From: Euglena gracilis
Lineage: Eukaryota
Length of the DNA: 64,000 nt
Direction: 5' to 3'
Assembly: GCA_039621445.1 (NCBI GenBank)
Contig: CP154954.1
Span: forward strand, 39,331,816 to 39,395,815
Shown: piece by piece, positions 1 through 11,584 of the stretch
Position numbering within the stretch: position 1 is the stretch's first letter
How the letters are laid out: each line of letters begins with the position of its first letter
The notes under the pieces: model-generated
What the model saw: only the letters and a program-made list of their open reading frames with translations
Database searches by the model: none
What the model was told of the DNA's origin: nothing
Made by a program: the position numbers and the translations under genes

Positions 1-56
1 GACCAATTTGTCGGTCGGCCGACCACCCAGGACCCCCCCCCCCCAGTCCCCCCCAG

Positions 57-649
57 TCAGCTGTGGAGGCGCGGGATTTCCCCTGCCCCTTAGTCTGAGG
101 CTTCGGCTGGGAGGTTCGCCCATAGCCGGAAGACGTAACCTGTGTGAATCCTTGTCTCGAGATTAATCCCCGAGCAGAGGATGCAGCACCCTGGCCGCCA
201 GTACCTCCACCGCCTTTCGGTGTGGGCTGGTCACCAGATTTCGGTGGGGGTTTACAAGGTGCGGCGCCCGGCTTTGATTTGGCCGGGGCCTTCGGGCTTC
301 CGGTTTCCGGAGGGTCCGAGGGCCGCCTGTCGGCGTGACGCTTGCTCGCCCAGGTGCGTGGTGACGCTTGGGACGGGGGTCTTTTCCCAGACACCGAGCG
401 ACGTTGCCCTTCAGCAGGGGTTTCTGGAGCTGAGGGTCGTCCTACATGTTCCTTTGCGGCGCCCATGGTTTTTCCAGGGGTGGCCTTGGGGGAGGGTGTA
501 GGAGTAGGTGTGGCCGGCGCGTTTCGCGCTGGTTGGGCCTGTGGTGGAGGCATGGACGTCCCCTCAGCCTGTTTTTCAGGTGCGCATGTCCCAGTGCCTG
601 GACGCTTAATCGTGGTGACTCTGGCTGTGCCCTGAGGTGCGGGTTGTCA
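57..649 (-). pseudogene. Distal part of accessory ORF of copy A
   Basis: Minus-strand translation has KPGAAPCKPP..PKGGGG..SSGYG, matching KPGAAPCKPPVQGG..PKGGAG..SSGYG in ORF 20715..22589. Confidence 0.75.
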
Positions 650-1562
650 GTCTTGCTGGACATACCCAACGAAACTGGTTGCTGGCTCCCAAGTGTCCTC
701 CTCGGGCCCATACCCTTTCCAGCGGACTTTCCAAAGGTACATACCTTTATCGAGTTTGTGATTGATGATTTTATCGACTACAAAATCGTCCGTCTCAGGT
801 AATCTGGGACAGGGCTTGAAATGCAAGCACGGGATGGGTATCCCATCCGGTTGTGACAGGTATGGTTTGCAGTCGTCCATATGAACGTCCTCAACACCAT
901 TCGGTAATGCAACCTTATATCGCCAGCTGGTACCTAGTCTTTCTAAAATTTCACAGGGTCCGAGCCAAGGGGGGTCCAGCTTGGAAGGCCCGCATGCGAG
1001 TACGGCTACTCCGTACCCACACGCGGTCACCGGGACTATACACAGGTGACTTGAAATGCTGCAAAAACGATTTCCGTTTATTTGCATGAATATCAGTTAT
1101 TCGCTTCTGGACTGCAGAACGTACATTTTCTACTTCCGCAAACCAGGTCTCGCAAATGACACTCTTTCGGTCGGGTCTCTCCGAAGGGACATCCCCTATA
1201 GCCGGAGCGTCCGAAAACTAGTTTATAGGGGGAGTGAGGTAAAACCAGCCCTGATAAGGTACTAATATAGAACAAAGACCATGGTAGCACTGATATCCAG
1301 TTGCTGCGCGAGTCAGCCAGTGAAAGGCGATGCATATTCACGACGGATTTCACGGCTGCCTCGGCTCTACCATCGCCTTTGGGTTGGTATATAATGGAAA
1401 AATGTTGCTCGATTCCGAGTAAACCGCATAAGGTGGTGAAAAACGTTGAAGAAATCAAATGGTGTTGATCACTCAAAATTTCATTCGGTAAAGCATTTAT
1501 GCAAATGCATTTCTCCAAAAATATAACCGCCAAACTTTGGGCAGTCAACCCTGACTTCTGGC
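650..1562 (-). pseudogene. Duplicated integrase C-terminus/chromodomain fragment
   Basis: Near-identical to 5106-6022; encodes SDQ..AEAAVK, WLGPCEI and the chromodomain [24 protein letters not shown]. Confidence 0.9.
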
Positions 1563-4500
1563 AACAGGCAACCGGAAACAGGGAGGTTGAGGCGTAATAC
1601 CTCAGGCGTGTGGGGTACCGTCTCTGTCGGGTTTTCCCGCGGAGGGGTCGGTACGCCTGTTGTACTCAGCGAGGTCGGCGAGAGCGGTACAGGTGAAAAC
1701 TCACCTGCCGGTGCTGCCGGTTCCTGGGCCATTTCCGCCACAGTATCCAGCGTCACTACCGATGGGCTACGGGTTTACCGTGCCGGAGGTTCTACTGGCT
1801 GAGGTTCAGCCTCGGCCATGGGAACTGCTTCTTCCTCCTGTTCTTCTTCCTCCTCCGCTTCCGGAGGGGATTCCTCGGTACGCAGCTGTGCTGCAGAACG
1901 CGGGCCTTCCCGGCTCTGTAGCACCCTTGTGCGTCTGACAGGCCGTAAAGGCTTATACTTTCACTCCTGTCAGAGTTCGGGTATGGCATTGGCCACGTCG
2001 CTCGTACCCAGCTTCTGGTCAGAGGGTAGGGCTCTTTGTCCTCGATCATGCAGAGGTCTTCCTACTGCTGTCGACATTTCTCGCTCGCGCCATATTCTCG
2101 TGTGTCTTCCAGGAACGCATAACGAGGGACTTCCCCTTAGTGCGCCGTGAAAAACACCTGGAAATAATCCCAGACCAGGATATTCCCGGACTTGGTGTCC
2201 AGATGTTCCTGGAGGCCGATTTCGGCCTCTTCTCAGTCTGGACCCAGGTTCATTATGCGTTGATCCGAATCATGGGGTCTCGCTTCCACCTCGGTGTAGA
2301 CCCAAGGTAACCACTTTCTGTGGATATCCACATCACCGGTCATGTGCTCCAGGAAGTAAATGTAGACCTCCTGGACGTAGGTAATCCACGCCCGGTGCCA
2401 GTATTGTTGCTGCAGAAATATTTTCTGCCGGTGCTGTTTCAGCACCTTTCGGTCTTGTGTCCCTATCTGGGGATTTCGGCACTGATGCAGGAGGAATCTC
2501 GTGGTCAGCTGGCTACCGGCATTCTCGGCAGTCGGAGGCGTTTTTCCGCGCTCCCCGAAACCCCAGAAGTCAACAGTGTGAACTTCTTCGCAGAACGGGC
2601 ATTCCAGTTTGTACCGGTAGGGGTACGCGAGGTCCACATCCAGGACCTTGAACAGCGTGCCATACATGCTGTCCAAGTATACCCTGGAGGTTGTTCGTGA
2701 ACATTACGGCAGCCTGCGCCTGGAGTTTCTCCGGCAGGGGTAATATTTCCACTGGATTCCCAGTGCTCCGACGGAGTGCATATGGTTGAACATAACCTTC
2801 AACTGCGCGACGAACGTTTCGCCGTCTTCGCATGTATTCATGCAATCGACATATGTCAGACCGTGTCGGTCGGTAAACATGCCGAAATTCTGGCAGGGGT
2901 ATCCCAACCAGAACCACAGCTCCCACAAATCGGGCATCCGGTCCAGGACAACTTCATTCGAATGAGGGTATCCCTCAAAAGCATGAAGCTCGGAGCTGTA
3001 GAAGAAACGTTTGCAGTGATCGAACATATGATCCTGCACCACTTGGAGCACCGCTTCCGGTGATCGGTGGATCACGCTTCCTACTTGCGTGTACATCTTG
3101 AGATCTTCGTCTATTTTCGACCAGATCTCATCCAGATAATTGAACACCAGGTCCACATCATAATCCTTCGTTTTCGAAGGTTCGGCGGCTTTTCTGCCTT
3201 TTCCCGCTGGGGGTCCGGCAGATTTTCCGCCTTTACCTGGAGCTGGCTAGGCGGCTTTTCCGCCTGTGCCAGGTGGGGCTTTCCCACCATTCTCCGGGGC
3301 TTTCCCACCCTTTTCCTGGCCTTTAGCTTTCCCCTTACCCTTGCCCTTTCCTTTACCATTACTCTTACCCGCCAGCCATCCGAATGTCGCCAAGTAATCT
3401 GGGTTAATGTATTCCCAGTACTCTGGGTCTTCTGGCGTCAACACAGGGTAATACACGGATTCCGTGCTTGGTGTCCGGGCAAATTCCTGCTCAGCGTCAC
3501 CACGATTCGAGTAAACCGGTGCGATAGGCGGTGGTCGGGTTTCCCGACGTGCCCGATCTGCCGCCACATCTGGCGCCGGCGAGGCTTCCTCGCCAGCGTC
3601 GAGATGCATCGCTGCGGGCGGATTTTCCGACCTCGGCGAACGGCGCTGTGGCTGCGGCGTCAGATTTTCTGGGCCGCGGTCACGCTTGCCGACGGCAGAG
3701 CTGGTGGGTCGTGCTGCTGGCGCTTCCGCACAGCAACATCCCGCTGTCGCACTGGTTGACCCGATCGTGATGGTGGGGGAACTCCTGTGAGAGCTGTCAC
3801 AGCAGCATCATACTGCTCGCGCTCCTCCCATGACATTTCCGCCCGGTCAGGTTATTCCTGTCCGGCGGAAACAGGTGGACGACGTGCGATTTGTCTCTGA
3901 ACCATCACAGCATATTCATACTGCTGACGCTCCTCTTCGGAGGTGAATTCTGGGCCAGTCCGCAGGTTCACGGGTTAATCCCGTTCCTGCTGGACCGGCG
4001 CGCGAGGCGCTGCTGCGGCTTCCGGCGAGCGAGCGCTTCGGGCACTGTCAGACGTCGCGGGAGGGTTTCCCTCCGCTGGGCGTCTTGGAATAGGGTCAGG
4101 AATGGTGGGGTGGGGTGGTGGTGGATACACATATTGATCCCGCTGGCTTGGTCTGTCCGCATAAACAGACGCAGGTGCCGTTCCCTGGGGATAATCCCCA
4201 CAGACGGCATACTGAGACACATGCTCCTGCGCGGGGTAATCCCGCCGGGGCATATGCGCTCAGGGGATCGGGAATTACCCTCCTTCTCGCGTGGGTGTTC
4301 ACTCCGGACAGGTGCTTCCCCTGTCTCTTCCTCGGGTTATCCGGGGGAGTGAGCACGAAAGTGTGCAGTGTAAGTGCCAACCGGTGGTATCTGCGGTGCT
4401 ACCTGTGGCGTGACTTCCACGCCCAGGTCACGCATAGTGATATCTTTTGTAAAGCCTGATGCAGCCGAATCGGTGTAATACACCGAATTGGTCATCATCG

Positions 4501-4882
4501 CTTGGGCGCACATACACCACAAGGCTGGAGGGGTGTGTGCGATTGTCAAAATTTGACGGCGGTGGTTATCCCACAATGCCTGTGTGAGTTGGTCTGGTGC
4601 GGGGTTTGCGCTAATACGCATCACCCGGTTCATCGTCTCCGCCGTGTGGTGTATCATCACACCAGCATACGGTGGGAGGCGACGGGGGCCTGTTGGCTGA
4701 GATGACCGCGCTTCCTCAGGCATCTGGGTCAACCTGCTACTGCTGCTGGCTTCAGGGTTTCCCTGAGCCGCAGTCCGTACAGCTGGGTGTGTACCGTATC
4801 GGTACGCATATTGGTCAGGCTGTGGGTGAGTGGTGGGGTGGTAAGGCGGTCCTCCACCTGGGTCCCTTCCACCGGGCAGCAT
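1563..4882 (-). pseudogene. Accessory ORF of copy A (frameshifted; unknown function)
   Basis: ORF pieces 4337..4882, 3247..3609, 2704..3156, 2233..2676 and 1792..2049 are colinear with the copy B accessory ORF (MLPG.., LP.YAG.MI.HT.ET, ELWFWLGYPCQN, AYP.RY, TVDFWGFG, DAQGC). Confidence 0.85.
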
Positions 4883-5050
4883 GTTACCGCCCGGGGTCGG
4901 TTCGGTTATTAGCTTAGTTGTTGGCTGTGGGGTGGTACGGGTAACTTACCCTGCTTGACAATTCACTGGTAAAAAAAATTCTTCGGAAAGAAAGAATGAG
5001 AAGAATTAATGATAAAAGAAAATAAAACAATATGGGTTTCCCATGAGTTC

Positions 5051-8036
5051 TCAAAAACTTGTTACAGAAACATAAGTTTTATGCTTCTTGTTCCACAGCT
5101 TCCACTCTTGCTGGACATACCCAACAAAACTGGTTGCTGGCTCCCAAGTGTCCTCCTCGGGCCCATACCCTTTCCAGCGGACTTTCCAAAGGTGCATACC
5201 TTTATCGAGTTTGTGATGGATGATTTTATCGACTACAAAATCGTCCGTCTCAGGTAATCTGGGACGGGGCTTGAAATGCAAGCACGGGATGGGTATCCCA
5301 TCCGGTTGTGACAGGTATGGTTTGCAGTCGTCCATATGAACGTCCTCAACACCATTCGGTAATGCAACCTTATATCGCCAGCTGGTACCTAGTCTTTCTA
5401 AAATTTCACAGGGTCCGAGCCAAGGGGGGTCCAGCTTGGAAGGCCCGCATGCGAGTACGGCTACTCCGTACCCACACGCGGTCACCGGGACTATACACAG
5501 GTGACTTGAAATGCTGCAAAAACGATTTCCGTTTATTTGCATGAATATCAGTTATTCGCTTCTGGACTGCAGAACGTACATTTTCTACTTCCGCAAACCA
5601 GGTCTCGCAAATGACACTCTTTCGGTCGGGTCTCTCCGAAGGGACATCCCATATAGCCGGAGCGTCCCGTCCGAAAACTAGTTTATAGGGGGAGTGAGGT
5701 AAAACCAGCCCTGGTAAGGTACTGATATAAAACAAAGACCATGGTAGCACTGATATCCAGTTGCTGCGCGAGTCAGCCAGTGAAAGGCGAAGCACATTCA
5801 CGACGGATTTCACGGCTGCCTCGGCTCTACCATCGCCTTTGGGTCGGTATATAATGGAAAAATGTTGCTCGATTCCGAGTAAACCGCATAAGGTGGTGAA
5901 AAACGTTGAAGAAATCAAATGGTGTTGATCACTCAAAATTTCATTCGGTAAAGCATTTATGCAAATGCATTTCTCCAAAAATATAACCGCCAAACTTTGG
6001 GCAGTCAACCCTGACTTCTGGCGTGGAATGGCTACAATGTACCCACTCCGCCGGCAGACGACAACAAAAACGTAATCATAATTTTTGTCGTCTGTTCCTT
6101 TGCACGGTTCTAATTCCAGAAAATCCATGCAGAGGGATGTAAAACTGTCAGGGGGTACGGGGAAAAAGTCCATCGTATTAGGGGGGTACCTCTGCGGGGT
6201 TTCACCGCTTGACAAATTTGACACCGTGGTGCTCTCTGCAAACAGCGTGAGTAGAGCTCTTTTTCGAGCAGGGTTGTACATTACCTGCGGTTCACCAACG
6301 AGAGAAGTTTGGGGGCCCCAGGGTGACCATGGTTGTGATAGCACAAAATCACATCATCAACCAGGTCCTGGGGGATACAATATTTGTAACCCGATTCATC
6401 GCGAAAAACCAACCGTAAAGGTGAAAGAGTGTAATTTTTCAGCACTTCGCCATTGCGAAGTCTGGTGAAAGTGGTGTCATACACCGGATCACGACTATAA
6501 TACAATTCACGAAAGAAAAGTGGGGAAGGGGACTCCGTGCGCGTAATACGCCGAGGTCCGGACGTGCTTCCACGTCGGCGCCTTCCGTGCACTGCTGCGA
6601 CCAGGAATGGTTGTGAAACGGGAAAATAATCCAAAAGATTGTCCGCATCGTCGTTTTGACGTGCGTACTCGTCAGCTTCCTGACTTCCATGAAAAGTCGC
6701 GTCTCCGTCATCCGGGTTCCCAGGTTAATACCAAGGGGCCCGACTGAGCGGATCCGCTACTTTTTGTGTATGACCAGGGGTATAAATGACAACAGGGTTG
6801 AACTGACTCAAGAACTCATGCCATCTGCATCGCCTTCCGACCGATGACATGGTTCAGATCCTCGGTGTACCAGTGTTGGAGACTCTCATGATCGGTCTTG
6901 ACGAGGATTTGGACGAGGCTGCTGGCAACCCAGCTTCGGAATTTCTGGACTAAAAGCACGATTGCGTAGGTTTCCTTCGCGCGGGTACTCCGTTTGACTT
7001 GACCTTTGCCGTCATCGCCCTGTAACTTTCTGCTGAAGAAAGCTACAGGTCAGAGTTCATTTGCCGCATTATGCTGACTAAGAACTCCGCCAACAGCGTA
7101 ATCACTGCTGTCGTATTCCAGCACATGGGGTTTGTACGGGTCCGCGATTTCGAGGACAACATTCTCCAAAAGCAAAACCTTGATTTTCTCAAGGGCCTCG
7201 CGCATTTGGTCATCCCAAATGACTTTGGTGTTGTCAACAGCCCGGTTTTTGAGCTGTTTGGTGAGGGGCACCGCGATTTTGGCGAAGTCCCTCATATAAA
7301 TCGTGTAGCATTGGGCTAATCCCAAAAATCTTTTGAGGTGAGGAATCGTTTTGATTATCTCAGGGTTCCACTTCTTAATGGCTTCTGGTTTGCTTGCCGC
7401 GGCTTTCCGCTGTCCATTGGTGAGGATGTGTCCGCAAAATTTTATAATTTTGCGAAACAGATTCATTTTCGCCCCTTTCGCGAAAAGCATATGTTTCAGA
7501 AAAAAGGTTAAGACCGCGCAAACATGGTGGAAGTGTGTGTCGAGGATATCCTCGTTCGATTTTAAGGATGGTGGTGGTCTTCCTACCAGCACATCATCAA
7601 TGTACACAGTAGCGAACGGTAAATCGCGTAAAAACCATTGAATCATCCGTTGAAACATGGCTGGGCCATTCTTAACACCCATGGGGAGTACTGTCCATTG
7701 GTACACACCCTTCGATGTCACGAATGCCGTGTATGATTGGGAGTCAGGGTGCAAGTGAATTTTGTGAAAGCCGTCATCCAGATCGAAAATTGACCACAAA
7801 CGGTTTTCCGATTGCTTGGTGATCAGATCCTCGATCAGGGGGAGCGTTAAGTGATCATACCTTGTTTGGGAGTTCAGATACCGGTAATCCAGCACCAGCC
7901 TGCATTTCTTCTGACATGATGGTTCTGGGGGTTTAGGAACGACAAATGCCTGGGATGTCCACTCGCTTTTCGAGGGTACCATCCATTTGCGCTGAATAAA
8001 CTTCTCACTCCTTTCATTGAGAGCCTGTTCGCGTTC
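5051..8036 (-). pseudogene. pol: pol of copy A: RT, RNase H, integrase, chromodomain (disrupted)
   Basis: RT motifs RLVLDYRYLN, LPMGVKNGPAMFQR, YIDD; RNase H DSSDYAVGGVL; integrase YHNHGHPG, MDF, SDQ, AE; GPY/F-like WLGPCEI; C-terminal chromodomain. Confidence 0.93.
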
Positions 8037-8064
8037 TCCTGGGCAACCCCCCTCAGCCTTCATT

Positions 8065-8066
<2 letters not shown>

Positions 8067-8126
<60 letters not shown>

Positions 8127-8128
8127 GC
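8067..8128. repeat. (TG)n microsatellite
   Basis: Directly visible. Confidence 0.97.
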
Positions 8129-8559
8129 GAGCGTTCTCCAAAAGCGTGCACATCTGCATGTCTGTAGATTATATTGCAACCTGAGGGAGGCAACAACCTC
8201 AAAAATGACCCTTCAGTGACCCCTGCAAACACCACGCTGGGGTTGAGGTGGGGGTAAACCATGCTTCCATTCCACCATCATATGCCCCCCCCACACACGT
8301 GTCCATCGCAGCGTTCAGTGCACACTCCTGGGGGTGCGTACTAGCGTCCACGGTTGAGGGCAACCCAGAACCGGTGAGATGCCGCGGGGGGGAGCAGGGG
8401 GCACTGAATTGGCTGCGATGGCAGCTGCAACAGCACCATGGCTCAAGGGTGCACTGGAGGTGGTTGTCGAGTCCAGGCCGGCCTGAGTGCACCGAGGGGG
8501 GAAAAAACAAAACAAAATTCTTAGAAAAAATTCTCGTCGTGACGCAGGGGAGATGGGCA

Positions 8560-8977
8560 CATACCTCTCTTTAAGGAATCCGGGGGGGTTTGCTGGGCTA
8601 GGGCTAGAAATTTGGGCTGGCTAGCCCGCCCCTCCCCCAGGGGGGGTATTGGCCCCGCTGGACTGAAATCGGAAAAATGCTCAAAAATGACCTGTAAAAT
8701 ATAATTTTGAAAAAATGATGCATCCGAAACCCCCCCAAAATACCCCAAACGTCCCCCAAACCCCATTTTTGGCCACTTTTGAACACAGTTTTTCAAAAAA
8801 TTTCGGCGCTTTGGCCGAAAAAATTCTGGGCTGGACCCCCAAACAAGGGGCTGGCTAGCTTGGCTAGCAACGCCCCCGTGGGGGGGGGGGGTGCTGCTGC
8901 GGCTGGGCTGGGCCCAAATCGGGGCCCGGCTGCAGGCGCCCCCCACGGGGGTTCGCAAAACCTTAGAGAGATGTATG
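8560..8977. mobile_element. 418-bp MITE with 8-bp target-site duplication (hAT- or P-type)
   Basis: Imperfect TIRs catacctctctttaagg / ccttagagagatgtatg; gatgggca duplicated at 8552-8559 and 8978-8985; empty site present at ~14060 in the paralogous repeat. Confidence 0.88.
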
Positions 8978-10529
8978 GATGGGCATCCACAAATCGCAAT
9001 GCATGATTCCCACTCAACTAGGCCGGGACTCCCCCCCGGGTCACAAATTTCAAAAAAACACTCTGGGCTAGATTTGACTGTGGGTGGAGTGGGGTGGGGG
9101 TGCGGCGGTCCTTAAGCAAATATGAAAAAAACCTCCGCTGTCCCAGGACACTCAGGGAGAATATACAGGAAATGGGCAAGAAATTTTGGCATTTCTCGGC
9201 GAGCACCAGTCAACATAACACCCAGCGTCTGAAATGTTTGCCCACGGCTGGCAAAAATATTCGCCCCAACCAGTCAGAATTTTCGCCCAGTGCCCTCAAA
9301 AAAAATTGCCCAAAAGCCTCAAATTTTTTTTACTGCACCGCCAAAAATATTTGCACTTCCTCAAAAAATATTTGCCCTCCGTCCTTTTATTTTTGAACAA
9401 TGAAAAAAAGGCCTTATTTTATTTATTTATGTTTATTGTGTTCGATCAACGTATAGTTGGTGAACACCCTATTTGCCCTAAGCCAACAGGAGGCCTTGTG
9501 CGACAGCCAAAATGGCCAAAAAGGATGGACACGGTTCAACATTTGGTCAGAAATAACCTGAAATGACACAAAAGGCCCAGAATTTCCTAGAGCTATCAAA
9601 AACATTTGATAGATTTGATATCCTAAAAATCATTGACAATCTGCCAAAAACTGTTCAAAACGAAGCCTCAACGGATCGAACATCAAAAAATCATCAAAAA
9701 ATCCAATGACCATGAATTGGTCCCCAAAAAAATTCAAAAAATGCCAAAAAAAATGCCTGAAACGGCAGAACACCAGCCAAAAATTGGCTCCAATGGCAGA
9801 AATTTTGATAATCATATCCAATTTTGGGGGGGGGGTTATGTGCAAGGTGCCCACACATGCAATGTTTTTCTTTGCAAAGAAAAATCATCACCATACATCG
9901 CGTCGCTATGTCTCTTTTTTCCAACATTGAGTGTAACAAACTACACTCAATGAGTAATGCATTTGTGATGGTCAAAATTTTTCACAACCGTGAATGCATG
10001 CGCAAAATCCAAAACAAAAATTGGCCTTTGGAAATGTTAAAAAACTCCTTTGATTTTTCGTTCTTTGGAAATGTCAAAAAAACTCCTTTCTTTGATTTTT
10101 CGCAAAACCACGTGTTGGCTGCGGCCCCAAGGAGGGGGGGTGTTGTTTTGGGGGGGTGTTATTTTTATATGGAAAATCAAAGGAAAACAGGAGGGTGTGT
10201 TATTTTGGGCGCTCAAAATCGGCATCTGAGGGGGGGGGGGTGTTATTTGGGGGGGGGTTTGGATGCTGTGGTCGAAAAAAACGGTTTTCATGAGGGGGGG
10301 CTTTGCACAAGGTGTGTCTCCAAATAAAAAGATCCGATCAGATCCGGTCCCTGCAGCCATTTTCAGCCGGTCTTTGTTGTTGGTTGGTTGGCACTTCCAC
10401 TCTGCCAAAATCCAGTCATTTACGTTGGGGGGGGGGGGACTGGGCATAGGATTTTTTTTAAAACCTATTTTCTGGGCCCGACGCCTGTCTTGAAATTCTA
10501 CTGACATTAACGGATTTCAGGCTGAAATT

Positions 10530-10742
10530 GTTTATGTCGGTCGATTTCCATTCAGGCGCCCGTTTATGTCAGTCGATTTCCATTCAGGCGCCCGTTTATG
10601 TCGGTCGATTTCCATTCAGGCGCCCGTTTATGTCGGTCGATTTCCATTCAGGCGCCCGTTTATGTCGGTCGATTTCCATTCAGGCGCCCGTTTATGTCGG
10701 TCGATTTCCATTCAGGCGCCCGTTTATGACAGTCGATTTCCA
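10530..10742. repeat. 32-bp tandem repeat, ~6.7 copies
   Basis: Unit gtttatgtcggtcgatttccattcaggcgccc, head to tail, no spacers. Confidence 0.95.
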
Positions 10743-11427
10743 CTCCATTACAATCTGTTGCTAGTCAAATTGGAAATTTTTATTCATTTTTTGGAAATTT
10801 TGTATTTCCATTTTTTTCGACATTTTTGGTCCTATGGGGTTGTGGAGGAGTTATGGATCAGACAAAAACCAAATTTACTGGCCAGGTGATCACAGCTGGC
10901 TGAACTTTGGATGGAACAGACGGAAGGACGGTACTTAAGATTATTATTTTCTGGATCTTCAGAAAAAGCATTCGGCATACTTGTCTTGAACCAGTTGTCA
11001 TCACTGGTCACCTAAGACAAAAGCTTTCGGATGAAGAGTTATTTGGCAATGTCAACCCTATTTTCTGGGCTCACCTGTATTGCAATTACATTGACATCAT
11101 CGGATTTCGGGCCAAGGCTGTGTTCATAGCAAAAAGCTGTGTTCATGGCTTTGGTCAAAATCTGTGTTTGTAATAAAACGCAGACTCTGGCCTGAGCCTT
11201 TGTTTCGAAACGCTGAGTCTGTTATCCGGCCTGAGTCTGCGTTTCGAAACGCAGACTCGGGTCAAAGTCTGCGTTTAAGAATCAGTTCTTGATATAGAGA
11301 TTCAGAAAAAGAAAAAAGAATTCCGAAAAAAAGAGACAAAATGTTGGTCGACATTAACAGGTTTCAGGCTGAAACTGTAAATGTCCCAAAACGGAACAAA
11401 AAGGCATTCAAAAAGGAAACAAAAGGT

Positions 11428-11584
11428 TGGTCGATTTCCAAGACATCGGAAACGGTTTATGTAAGTCGATTTCCATTCAGGCGCCTGTTTATGACAGTCG
11501 ATTTCCATTCAGGCGCGCCCGTTTATGTCGGTCGATTTCCATTCAGGCACCGTTTATGTCAGTCGATTTCCATTCAGGCGCCCG
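11428..11584. repeat. Second array of the 32-bp repeat (~4-5 degenerate copies)
   Basis: Same unit and orientation as 10530-10742. Confidence 0.9.

Larger units (their letters stand above)
57..8036 (-). mobile_element. Ty3/Gypsy chromovirus-like LTR retrotransposon, copy A (truncated both ends; diverged subfamily)
   Basis: RT-RNaseH-integrase-chromodomain pieces at 5051-8036, followed on the same strand by an accessory ORF homologous to that of copy B. Homology breaks at ~8036 and ~57; no LTR is retained. Confidence 0.9.
8058..10118. repeat. Dispersed ~2-kb repeat beginning with a (TG)n tract, copy 1
   Basis: Colinear with 13371-15252 from ccttcattg-(TG)n-gcgagcgttctccaaaag through ttttcgcaaaacc(a/g)cgtgttggc. 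Confidence 0.85.

Noticed and set aside
7050-8159. Intact RT gene
   Set aside because: Chimeric ORF: its N-terminus comes from the adjacent (TG)n repeat, and pol is truncated at ~8036 and frameshifted downstream.
10530-10742. CRISPR array (32-bp repeats)
   Set aside because: Units are head to tail with no unique spacers, there are no cas genes, and the context is eukaryotic.
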